Positions 54,616-62,864 are shown, counted from the stretch's first letter. The stretch is DNA of 64,000 bases from a virus (IMGVR_UViG_3300049044_000033:32001-96000), one strand, 5' to 3'. Numbers and translations: made by a program. The notes: generated by a model from the sequence alone, not told the origin.

Positions 54616-55059
54616 CTATTTGGCCTTTTTGATCAACTCCTCAAGACTGATCCGTTCAACAAATTGTGCGCTAGGCATGTGGAAGAGCATTTGGGTTTCG
54701 CCCTTCTTGGTCTTACGAGCATTCACGCTGTAGATAGAGAGCGCCATAGAATCATTAGCCCGATCGGCCATCTCCTTCAAACGTTCGAGGCTGATCTTGG
54801 GGAACCAATTGAGTAGCTGCTCAATCGACTCAAAAGCAAAGTGCCATTCCCGACGGTCGCGATGAACCCACTCGTAGGTAGCCTTTTTGCCTTTGCTCTT
54901 ACCTTCCCACCAGTCTCTGAGTAAGTCGTCATTTTCGGGACCAACGTGGCATTCGGGTTCAGTACCACCCTCTTTGATTGCAAGCTCAGCAACCTCGAAG
55001 CCAAAGCCCCTGCTGTAAATGCCTTGATCTTCCTTGTTCTCGAGGCGAAATACCAACAT
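54616..55059 (-). CDS. conserved phage hypothetical protein
   Basis: VFRLEN...G.Y...FAFESIEQLLNWF...G..Q..F; own promoter-RBS element. Confidence 0.75.
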   Translation of the reverse strand: MLVFRLENKEDQGIYSRGFGFEVAELAIKEGGTEPECHVGPENDDLLRDWWEGKSKGKKATYEWVHRDRREWHFAFESIEQLLNWFPKISLERLKEMADRANDSMALSIYSVNARKTKKGETQMLFHMPSAQFVERISLEELIKKAK

Positions 55060-55130
55060 GCTGATCTCCGTTTGCTTTCTACCCACCCAATTTAGCAGGA
55101 TAGGTGAGCACGTCAACCAGTTTTTGAGAA

Positions 55131-55307
55131 TTACAAAACCCTGAAAGGTAAAGCTATGAGGAATAACAGAGTGGGCACTGCTATTCCGTTGATTATTGCT
55201 TGTGTGAAGTCAAAGGGTCTGACTCTAAGTTTCTGTACCGACAGGGTTCCCACGAATACAAAGAATCCCAATTTTATAAGATTAGGATCGATCAGGCTCC
55301 CGTCCAT
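55131..55307 (-). CDS. small membrane protein (58 aa, not in ORF track)
   Basis: TGATG overlap; two hydrophobic stretches. Confidence 0.55.
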   Translation of the reverse strand: MDGSLIDPNLIKLGFFVFVGTLSVQKLRVRPFDFTQAIINGIAVPTLLFLIALPFRVL

Positions 55308-55615
55308 CAGTTGGGTACCTTATCGCAATTTGCCAGCGGAGCGCAGTAGGGTTCGCCATCTTCTCCTGAGCCATACACTATCCCATCCACGATCTCTTCG
55401 ACCACTACGGTCTGAACCACGCCGGGCTGAATTTCCATAAGGACCATGTCGTTGACGTTGATACGACGCTCGATACCGAGTATCGTGACTTCGCCGGTGA
55501 GGACGTTAGTCGAGGTGTGCATCATCCGGATAGGGTTGTGGTTGATTGGCAGAGGTTCGATCTTACCTGACGCAATGATGAAAACATCAGCGGGAATCTT
55601 ATTATCTTCGACCAC
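55307..55615 (-). CDS. hypothetical protein
   Basis: Own promoter-RBS element. Confidence 0.7.
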   Translation of the reverse strand: MVEDNKIPADVFIIASGKIEPLPINHNPIRMMHTSTNVLTGEVTILGIERRINVNDMVLMEIQPGVVQTVVVEEIVDGIVYGSGEDGEPYCAPLANCDKVPN

Positions 55616-55675
55616 GTTCGATCTCCTCTTGCTTACTAGTTCACAATAAAGAAATAGGTGAACTAGTCAACCAGT

Positions 55676-55840
55676 TTATTTGCCCTTCGTGATCATACCA
55701 GCCTCGAAGTCGGCCTTCAGCTTATCGCACAGACCCGTACCATCCTCGAAAGATGTCATCCACTTCGTGGGATCATTGGGGTTCCGAGTCAGAGTCAGAA
55801 CCTTACCATCGGGGTGGGTAAAACGCACTACGTCGCTCAC
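55676..55840 (-). CDS. hypothetical protein
   Basis: Own promoter-RBS element; GTG start. Confidence 0.65.
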   Translation of the reverse strand: MSDVVRFTHPDGKVLTLTRNPNDPTKWMTSFEDGTGLCDKLKADFEAGMITKGK

Positions 55841-55898
55841 TGCTGATCTCCTGTTGTTATGTTGTGATAATAACAGGATAGGTGAGCACGTCAACCCC

Positions 55899-56429
55899 TT
55901 ATTCACCTATTTTGTGGAAATTCCTGACCTCACCAGCGCGACGTTCCGCTGCGGTCGTCCGGCGCCATCCCAGTTCCTTCATCTTCGCAGTCTGTTCCTT
56001 GCCGCGCAGCATATTGAACTGGCACTGCTCGTTCCAAAGTGCCCTCTCGCGCTCTACGGCGTTCTTGTGCGCAAGGCTATCCTCATTGTGTGCCTCGTTA
56101 AGCGTGGCCGAGAAAGAGTTCTCATAGGCCGTCACACCATAGTGGAAGTTGAACTTGAGAGTGTGACCATCGGGGTGAACCAGCGTATCGCCGTAGTTTA
56201 CGTGGCTACCATCGGGCGAGCAGCGGTTGTGGTCTTCTGCCTTCTTGAATCCCAGCGCCTTAGCGCGCTCACTCATCTTGTGTAGCTGATTAGCGCCGCC
56301 GTGCCCGCCGCGCTTGTAGAAGCTCGCAGATCCAGGCTGGACCATCTTGCCCTCGTCGAACTCAGCTTCGTAGATTTCTACGTTCTGACCGCTGCCGAGG
56401 ATCTTCTTCGCGAGCTTCTGGAATTCCAT
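55899..56429 (-). CDS. hypothetical protein
   Basis: Own promoter-RBS element; start corrected. Confidence 0.75.
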   Translation of the reverse strand: MEFQKLAKKILGSGQNVEIYEAEFDEGKMVQPGSASFYKRGGHGGANQLHKMSERAKALGFKKAEDHNRCSPDGSHVNYGDTLVHPDGHTLKFNFHYGVTAYENSFSATLNEAHNEDSLAHKNAVERERALWNEQCQFNMLRGKEQTAKMKELGWRRTTAAERRAGEVRNFHKIGE

Positions 56430-56493
56430 TTTCGATCTCCGCTTTGCTTCTGTTGCCCTCACATTAGCAGAATAGGTGAAACTGTCAACCAGT

Positions 56494-57291
56494 TTATACG
56501 GACATCTTACCGACCATAATGCGATCCATAATATTTTTGTCCATCTTCACCAACATGGAATTAAACAAGGAAATGATTCGGACTTCCTCGCCATCAATTT
56601 TGCGGATGAGGACGCCGCCCTTAGGATAATACTTGAGCAGCTTACCGAAAGCAATCCCTGCTCCAATCAGTGCGTCCTTGCTGTATTCCTTGTGTGTGAA
56701 AACAACAGTGTCGCCGACTTCAATAGTTTGCCCCAATTGATCAATAAACTTAGGCGGATCGACCTGCTCTGCTTCACGCTCGGCTTTTGATTTCTTTTTG
56801 AAGTTTGCAACAGTAGGAAGGTCGCAATCGAGTAGAACTACCAGTCGGTTATAGCCCTTAACTCGACTTGTAAAATCAGTTCCGTCGTCGAGAAGAAAAA
56901 CCGCTTTGCTGCTGTAACCATAAGGAGAGAGATATCCGACTACTTCGGAAGCATCTTCAATACCGTTTTGTTGGTTATTGCTTCGCTTGAAATAGAAAAC
57001 TGTCGGCTGGTCTGCCTCAATATTCTTTATTTCAACTTCAGGATGACCGTCCTCATCAATTTTGCCAGTTGCTATCCGTATCGGACGGGCGATGCGTTCA
57101 AAAATTTCAGGATTGATGCGAAGAATGGAACCATCACGAGCACCGCCTTCGATCCGAATTCGTGCAGGCTTCTTCCCCAACTTATAGTCTTCCAAATTCT
57201 TCAGAATGTCAACTATCTCTTCGTTCGACTTTGACATGTCCATATAACGACTATTGAGGAATTTATTGAAATCCATTTCGGTGTAGGTCAT
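56494..57291 (-). CDS. KOW/SH3-like tandem-domain protein
   Basis: IEGGARDGSILR and DQLGQTIEVGD motifs; own promoter-RBS element. Confidence 0.75.
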   Translation of the reverse strand: MTYTEMDFNKFLNSRYMDMSKSNEEIVDILKNLEDYKLGKKPARIRIEGGARDGSILRINPEIFERIARPIRIATGKIDEDGHPEVEIKNIEADQPTVFYFKRSNNQQNGIEDASEVVGYLSPYGYSSKAVFLLDDGTDFTSRVKGYNRLVVLLDCDLPTVANFKKKSKAEREAEQVDPPKFIDQLGQTIEVGDTVVFTHKEYSKDALIGAGIAFGKLLKYYPKGGVLIRKIDGEEVRIISLFNSMLVKMDKNIMDRIMVGKMSV

Positions 57292-57351
57292 CTTCGATCT
57301 CCTGTTTTGTTGTTCACATCATAACAGAATAGGTGAGCTAGTCAACCTATT

Positions 57352-57615
57352 CTAGCCAGGAAAGTGACCCCAAGGATCAAAGAATCCGGTCATTGAATAG
57401 CAAGTTCCGTCCTCCAAACGGGCGGCCGCCACGAGCCCATCTTCGTAAACCAAGATGTCATCCCGGGAGGATAGCACGATGGTTTTTCCACCTTCAAAGG
57501 GGAGAACGATGGAACTACCAAACTGGGGCTTCGCAATGCGAGCACCCCGAACCCAGCTCGTAAACTGTTCATTCGTGCAGGGTGCAAACTGCTGGATGAC
57601 CTGGTAGTTCTTCAT
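57352..57615 (-). CDS. hypothetical protein
   Basis: Own promoter-RBS element; start corrected. Confidence 0.7.
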   Translation of the reverse strand: MKNYQVIQQFAPCTNEQFTSWVRGARIAKPQFGSSIVLPFEGGKTIVLSSRDDILVYEDGLVAAARLEDGTCYSMTGFFDPWGHFPG

Positions 57616-57760
57616 AGTCGATCTCCTCGTTTCTTGCCACCAGTTTAGCAAAAAGGGTAGGTGTGTCAACCAGTTTTAGGTCTGGGATATCACAAAGATC
57701 AAAAGGGCAAGGACCGACCCACTTAGGGCCAGTCCTATCACACAATCAACATTCAAGCCC

Positions 57761-58351
57761 TTATTCACCCTCTACCTCCCGTAGCACCACAACGCGGATA
57801 TACTTGCCCGTCGGACGCGCACCCTGGGTATAAGTAGCCTCAATGACCCGGAAACCCATCCGTTCCATATCGCCTTCGTCGAGTCGGCTAACATTCCTCC
57901 AACCCTGCTCGATCATCGTGCTTTTGACATCGGAGAGTCGGTTTGCGATGAATTCCTTACCATTTCGGTCAGCATACCGGCAGGGCCAAGATTCGAGCGC
58001 CTTCTTAACGCCTTCGATTAACTTTAATTCGCGTTCGTTGGAATCGACGAGCTTGCGAACTTCGCGGCCGCTATTAAGCAACATATTGGGATTCTCACGG
58101 AAGAAATCTCGGACCGCCTCGTTACTGCGAATGATTCGCTCGTTCTCGCGCTGGATGTGCTTGGCCATCAATTCGTTGGCTTTTTCTAAGTTAACGGGCG
58201 TTAACCCATTCGGGTAAACTGACTTGAAGCGCTGGAGGAGGAATTCAGGGTTAACGTCGTAGAAGGGAGCAACATTAGCAGCAACGCTTTCGGGCGTCCC
58301 ACCCTTGCGGAGTTCCTGGATAAAGTCGTCGAACGCTTCTGCCTTGCTCAT
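57761..58351 (-). CDS. hypothetical protein
   Basis: Own promoter-RBS element; start corrected. Confidence 0.75.
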   Translation of the reverse strand: MSKAEAFDDFIQELRKGGTPESVAANVAPFYDVNPEFLLQRFKSVYPNGLTPVNLEKANELMAKHIQRENERIIRSNEAVRDFFRENPNMLLNSGREVRKLVDSNERELKLIEGVKKALESWPCRYADRNGKEFIANRLSDVKSTMIEQGWRNVSRLDEGDMERMGFRVIEATYTQGARPTGKYIRVVVLREVEGE

Positions 58352-58407
58352 CTTCGATCTCCTGTGCTGCATTTCGTGTCACCACTTTAGCAGAACTGGA
58401 GACTACG

Positions 58408-58605
58408 TCAACCTGTTTTTCGGAAGTCGGTGGATTTTCCATCCAGAATTTTGATTGTGTCCCGATCCTGGAGACCACGATTGGCCATTGCGCTGACCTC
58501 ATCAGCAAGTCGACGTTCCGATCCTGGTCCGTCCTCAACGAAGCGACAATCAATATCGCCGCTCCCATTGTTGAGGATTACCCAAGTTCCAGTGTCTCTG
58601 CTCAT
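58408..58605 (-). CDS. hypothetical protein
   Basis: TGATG overlap. Confidence 0.6.
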   Translation of the reverse strand: MSRDTGTWVILNNGSGDIDCRFVEDGPGSERRLADEVSAMANRGLQDRDTIKILDGKSTDFRKTG

Positions 58606-59003
58606 CAGTAAAGCATCTCCCATTCAGCAGCCAGCTCTGCGTAGAAAGCAGCTTCATAGCGCGCCATACCGTTCGACATGAAGGAAGTAGACTGGTTGGT
58701 GAACCGATTCTTGTTGATTGCCTCGCGGCTGATAAAACCGTAGAGGTGCTCAACAACCGCTTCAGCTGTCTGTGGCTGCTGCTCGCTGAGGGTACCAGTA
58801 ACCTGCGCTTCTTCCCACTTGTTAATGTGGGTAAGGTAAACCGAAGCGACCTGCTTCTGCGCGGCCAGCTTCATTGTGCTCTCGGCCCAGGTGAAAGCGT
58901 GGACGGGATTCTCGTTCAAAGCTTCCTTGAACTTTTCGAGTTCGTGATCGGCCTGTGCAATAACGCTCTGGAACTTCTTCTTTACCTGCTGCAGAGTGGG
59001 CAT
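58605..59003 (-). CDS. helical hypothetical protein
   Basis: Own promoter-RBS element. Confidence 0.75.
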   Translation of the reverse strand: MPTLQQVKKKFQSVIAQADHELEKFKEALNENPVHAFTWAESTMKLAAQKQVASVYLTHINKWEEAQVTGTLSEQQPQTAEAVVEHLYGFISREAINKNRFTNQSTSFMSNGMARYEAAFYAELAAEWEMLY

Positions 59004-59066
59004 ATTCGATCTCCTGTTTCTGTTGTCCTCAAGTTAGCAGAAACAGGAGATGTGTCAACACCTATT

Positions 59067-59432
59067 TTAGGAATTGAGGATCTTATTAGCCCAGGAAGCA
59101 GACTTGCCCCATAGGGCACCGAGTTCGCGCTGGGTGATATTCCCACCGGTCATCACGACAGTGTCAAATACCCGCTTGACAGCATCCTCAATCGGAAGGC
59201 GCTTAGGAGTGCGGACCTTCTTTGCTACCTTGGTAGCCTTAGGGAGCAGCTCACGTGCCTCATTAAGACGGCGACGAACCGTTGGTACAGAGCAGCCCAT
59301 TTCCACGGCCAATTCCTTGAGCGTGTATTTCTGCTCAGCTTCGAGAAGGGCCTTGGCAAGATTGGAATTCATCTTGCCCATATAGACCCACGTGACGCCA
59401 GTAAGTGCGATCGTTTTTGCCGAAGTCTGCAT
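59067..59432 (-). CDS. double helix-turn-helix DNA-binding protein
   Basis: TLKELAVEMGCSVPTVRRRL and TQRELGALWGKSASWANKIL. Confidence 0.75.
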   Translation of the reverse strand: MQTSAKTIALTGVTWVYMGKMNSNLAKALLEAEQKYTLKELAVEMGCSVPTVRRRLNEARELLPKATKVAKKVRTPKRLPIEDAVKRVFDTVVMTGGNITQRELGALWGKSASWANKILNS

Positions 59433-59560
59433 AAGACAGAAATCCCTCTATTTGCGTAAAAGCTTTTGCTTGTTACGCTTTGTTGTAAAAGTCCCAAAAG
59501 GACGACGTGGATCCCCTTATACTAGGATCCACGCCGTAAAATCAATACCTTATTTAGACT

Positions 59561-59725
59561 TTAGTCTTCGATGCGCCAGTTCACCACACGACCGTCGATT
59601 GCTGCGCTCTTTGCGCTAATAACACCTGCGCGCTTGATGGGATCCTCGGCCTCTCCGTCGGAGATCTGGAAGGTCTGCTCCTTGCGATGCCGACCCTTTA
59701 TGTAAGTGATGATCAGCTTCTTCAT
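59561..59725 (-). CDS. hypothetical protein (54 aa, not in ORF track)
   Basis: MKKLIITYIKG...; ATGA overlap. Confidence 0.6.
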   Translation of the reverse strand: MKKLIITYIKGRHRKEQTFQISDGEAEDPIKRAGVISAKSAAIDGRVVNWRIED

Positions 59726-60042
59726 ACCGAAACGCGACCATCAACAACGTTTGCCAGCGTTTCGCCCTGGGCGACTCGGAACCAACCATACTTGGCGGGG
59801 ACCAGTGCGATCGATTCGCCGACCTTCAGGTTTTCCGAAAATGCGCTGGGAAGACCGATCCGGCGACCATTGCCCTTGACGCTCAGGTTCTTGAGCAGCT
59901 GGTCCTTAGAGAGGTTTGCGGCCGATTCGCGATCAGTGAAGCGGATCATGACCTGACCATCCTTGACCGTGATACGCGCCTTGGTGTTCGGTCCGATCTT
60001 CGAATTGGTCGCTTCAGTGTTGAAATTGATTACCTTATACAT
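59722..60042 (-). CDS. hypothetical protein, paralogue of 37516..37851
   Basis: Shared motifs; own promoter-RBS element. Confidence 0.75.
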   Translation of the reverse strand: MYKVINFNTEATNSKIGPNTKARITVKDGQVMIRFTDRESAANLSKDQLLKNLSVKGNGRRIGLPSAFSENLKVGESIALVPAKYGWFRVAQGETLANVVDGRVSV

Positions 60043-60163
60043 TTCGATCTCCCTATTGTTGGGGCCCTATTGCCCCTCTTCATATGTTGACACTAACACC
60101 TGGTTAGTGGATGTCTACCACTTTTTCACCTAATTGTTAGAAAGATTTCCAGGTCATTTAGTC

Positions 60164-60192
60164 AAAAGAAAAGGTGGATTGCTCCACCCCTT
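60164..60192 (-). terminator. intrinsic terminator
   Basis: GGGGUGGA-GCAA-UCCACCUU followed by a U-run on the minus strand. Confidence 0.7.
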
Positions 60193-60202
60193 CTCTATTG
60201 AC

Positions 60203-60541
60203 TTAGGCTACTAGACCGTAAGTCTCGCGCTCTTCGCGCTGATCAGCAGTCATCATCTTGCCCAGAGCATGGAGGTAGCCGAAACGCGCAATCTGTCGCC
60301 ACGCGTCATTCTCGTCAGCCGATGTAAAGGCAATGAGCTTCACTGCGTTATCGATGGGCAGATCATTCTCTTCTTCATCGAGGCCGTTGCCATTGAATAC
60401 GGCAAACATGTTGGTTTCGACCGGCCGGTTAACCGTGACGAGGATTTCGTCACCGCACGAAATCTGTAGCAAATGCTCGCAATCGAAAGTCTGAGCCGTT
60501 AACGCATAATTGCGACGGGCGATCTCGTTATCGATGGACAT
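60203..60541 (-). CDS. hypothetical protein
   Basis: Own promoter-RBS element; start corrected. Confidence 0.7.
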   Translation of the reverse strand: MSIDNEIARRNYALTAQTFDCEHLLQISCGDEILVTVNRPVETNMFAVFNGNGLDEEENDLPIDNAVKLIAFTSADENDAWRQIARFGYLHALGKMMTADQREERETYGLVA

Positions 60542-60607
60542 TCTCTTAACTCCTGTTTGTGTTTTCTTATCACCACATTTAGAGCAAAAGGAGGTGAGCG
60601 TCAATAC

Positions 60608-60850
60608 CTATTTTGAAAACTTGGTGAGAATCTCATCCATCTCAGCAATCCTCTCCCGAAACTCCTTCAGGGTTTGCTGATTGATCTCATCTTGACGGGC
60701 CTGACCCATAGGTCCGCGAATATGCGGTTGGGCGAGTATGAGTTCCTCGGTTCGCGCTAGCATCTGAGCGAGTTCGTCACGCAAGCCCTGAGCCATCTTT
60801 TGATTGAGGGTATGGCGATTATCCCACCATACCTTTACGTTGACGCTCAC
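60608..60850 (-). CDS. helical hypothetical protein
   Basis: GTGA overlap start. Confidence 0.6.
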   Translation of the reverse strand: MSVNVKVWWDNRHTLNQKMAQGLRDELAQMLARTEELILAQPHIRGPMGQARQDEINQQTLKEFRERIAEMDEILTKFSK

Positions 60851-61209
60851 TGGGCTCCCTCTTTGGCCCATTCAGCATATCTGCTATAGACCTTTTCGAC
60901 CAGGCGCTCAGTGGCCTTCTGTGGGGTCATCGGACCCTTAACAGTAAGACCCTTGGCATTTTCATACCAACCGAAGCCGAGAATGTCCATGACGAACTGT
61001 TCCTGGCACTCTTCGACCAGTTTGCTGAAGAGTTCGTGGGTTCTGATAGAAACTCTGCCATGCAGGGCTTGTGCGTTCTCATTAGCCGGATTTGCGACTG
61101 TTATGACGAGAAGCCTGGCCGTGGAACCTAGACCGTCGAAATTCTTACCGGAGATCAAATCTCGCATGACCTGATCCTGAGCCATCATCACAACTTCATT
61201 AAAGTCCAT
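60847..61209 (-). CDS. hypothetical protein
   Basis: GAGGAGATCG RBS; start corrected. Confidence 0.7.
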   Translation of the reverse strand: MDFNEVVMMAQDQVMRDLISGKNFDGLGSTARLLVITVANPANENAQALHGRVSIRTHELFSKLVEECQEQFVMDILGFGWYENAKGLTVKGPMTPQKATERLVEKVYSRYAEWAKEGAQ

Positions 61210-61346
61210 GTCCGATCTCCTCAAAAAGGTGTTGGAGCGTAGCAGATGCCCGGTTCGACTTGTTTGTTCCCTTTGGACAAGCCTATGTAGACACTTGAAC
61301 TACGCTCCTCATCTCCTCTTTTATATAGGATAGGTGATACGTCAAC

Positions 61347-62834
61347 CTATTTGTTTACGCGATTGAAAATAATGGCTCGATGGATGCCGTTAAGCTTATT
61401 ATCGTTGATCTTTTCGGCCGTGATCTTTGACGTCCAATCAGCAACCTTGTTGGCTCTCGCTTGCTCAGTCTTCCTCTTGAGCAAGAACTGCTCAGCTTCC
61501 TCGGCTGAGTTGAACCCCGCTACTGTGTTGTCAACTTCGACCATAACGAACTGTTTGGTCTCGAAAGCCTTTACTTTATCGTCAGGGCAGGGAATACCAT
61601 TCTGACGACAGATATAGTCGACAAGATCCTTAATCGTATTGAAGGCAAAGAGGTCTGGGATAGATGCCTTGAATTCATTTTCAAGTATCATCGTTACTTC
61701 CATCTCATCCTCATTTGAGATGTAGAGATCCTTCAGGGAGAAGGTAACGTCAATTTCTTCATAAAGGATTGATTCAAAATGGAAGCTCACACTGTGGTAA
61801 ATATCGTCCCAAGTTGCCTTGATTACTTTGAAAGACTTGCGTGACTTGGGTAGAGGATCAATGCCAGCCAATTTAGCAATTGCATCAATGTCGTCATCAT
61901 CGTCATCGTCAGCTTCCCATTCCTCAAAGTCATCAAATGGATCGACAACCTTCTCTTCTTTCTTAGGAGGAGCGAGCAAACTTTGAGCCACAATATCATC
62001 GGCTTCAAGCTGACGAAGGTGTCGCATTGCAGCGGGCTGATAATTCACAGGAGGTGACCACCATTCAGGTGCTGGGAGAGGCTCGGCGAGGGGACCATTG
62101 GGGTTGAGGAAGAATGCCTCAGGGTTCATCCAATACAGATCGTTCTGTTGACGCTGCTGCTCGACAGTCCAGAGGCTATTCGTGATCTTAAGAGGACCTT
62201 GCTCCTCTAGTTCTCGAGCAACCCGCTGCTCACTGGTCTGAATGAGTTGGAGTTTCTTTTCCATCTCTCCTTGGTTCTTTTGGTATTCGGTAATTTGATC
62301 CTGTAGGCGAACGTCCTTCACCATCTGTCGATTTACTGCTACCCACCACATCTTGCCCAAAGTGGTTATAAGACCATCACGACTCAAATCCACATCAGTG
62401 TAGTAGTCGACGATCTCCTTTTCGGAATTTGGCATAACTGTTGCCAAATTTTTAGACTTTTGAACCACATAACAGGCTTGTAGATTATTGCGTAATTCTA
62501 CGCCTTGCTCAGTGAGCAGATAGTATTGGTTTTCAAAAATAAAAACCAACTTCTTCTGTAAAAGAGTAACGATGTCATTTGTGTGAGCATCAGGCCAAAG
62601 CGGATCTACATCCTTATAGAGCTTGAACCCATTTATCCACTTGCCGTTTTTGCTGCTAATGAGTTTGGCTGATTCGGCTGTGCGGATAAGATCCACTTGC
62701 CATTCCGATAGACCATGGCGTTCGTCGAGAACCTTGAGGGCGCCTTCCCACTTTCGGCCTCGGATCAAATCAGCAGGCGACATCCTGTTTTCTCTTATGT
62801 CCCTGCGGACTGCTTCTGCGCCACCAAAAATCAT
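61347..62834 (-). CDS. multidomain protein with acyl-carrier-protein-like domain
   Basis: DLYISNEDEMEVTMILENEFKASIPD...TIKDLVDYI aligns with ACP [20 protein letters not shown]..EIPD...TV....DYI. Confidence 0.7.
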   Translation of the reverse strand: MIFGGAEAVRRDIRENRMSPADLIRGRKWEGALKVLDERHGLSEWQVDLIRTAESAKLISSKNGKWINGFKLYKDVDPLWPDAHTNDIVTLLQKKLVFIFENQYYLLTEQGVELRNNLQACYVVQKSKNLATVMPNSEKEIVDYYTDVDLSRDGLITTLGKMWWVAVNRQMVKDVRLQDQITEYQKNQGEMEKKLQLIQTSEQRVARELEEQGPLKITNSLWTVEQQRQQNDLYWMNPEAFFLNPNGPLAEPLPAPEWWSPPVNYQPAAMRHLRQLEADDIVAQSLLAPPKKEEKVVDPFDDFEEWEADDDDDDDIDAIAKLAGIDPLPKSRKSFKVIKATWDDIYHSVSFHFESILYEEIDVTFSLKDLYISNEDEMEVTMILENEFKASIPDLFAFNTIKDLVDYICRQNGIPCPDDKVKAFETKQFVMVEVDNTVAGFNSAEEAEQFLLKRKTEQARANKVADWTSKITAEKINDNKLNGIHRAIIFNRVNK

Positions 62835-62864
62835 GCTGTGAAACTAACATGAGATAGGTGATTG

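Larger units (their letters stand above)
29968..61347 (-). promoter_or_regulatory. About 40 dispersed copies of a promoter-RBS element: AAACTGG-TTGACN-N16(..CACCT..TGC)-TA(A/T)NNT-N~15-25-AGGAGATCG-N2-4-start
   Basis: Copies at about 29971, 30331, 32752, 33232, 34232, 34515, 35180, 35521, 35940, 37852, 38373, 40780, 41150, 41757, 42165, 42457, 42795, 43031, 46746, 48247, 48686, 49031, 50171, 50647, 51700, 52251, 53270, 53486, 54321, 54580, 55061, 55617, 55842, 56431, 57293, 57617, 58353, 59005, 60043, 60543, 61211. Confidence 0.9.

Noticed and set aside
29997-61224. N-terminal extensions such as MT...RNRRS in many ORF-track calls, which look like a shared peptide motif
   Set aside because: Artefact of translating through the promoter repeat (TTG of TTGAC as start; AGGAGATCG reads as RRS); starts were corrected.
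61228-61310. tRNA-Trp-like look (AGGAGCGTAGTTCAA...TCCAAA...CGCTCC) on the minus strand
   Set aside because: No D-arm, anticodon stem or T-arm pairing; it folds better as one long hairpin.
29968-61347. Promoter repeats as integron attC sites or a CRISPR array
   Set aside because: No RYYYAAC/GTTRRRY ends and no integrase or cas genes; spacing follows whole genes, and the conserved positions are -35, -10 and SD.
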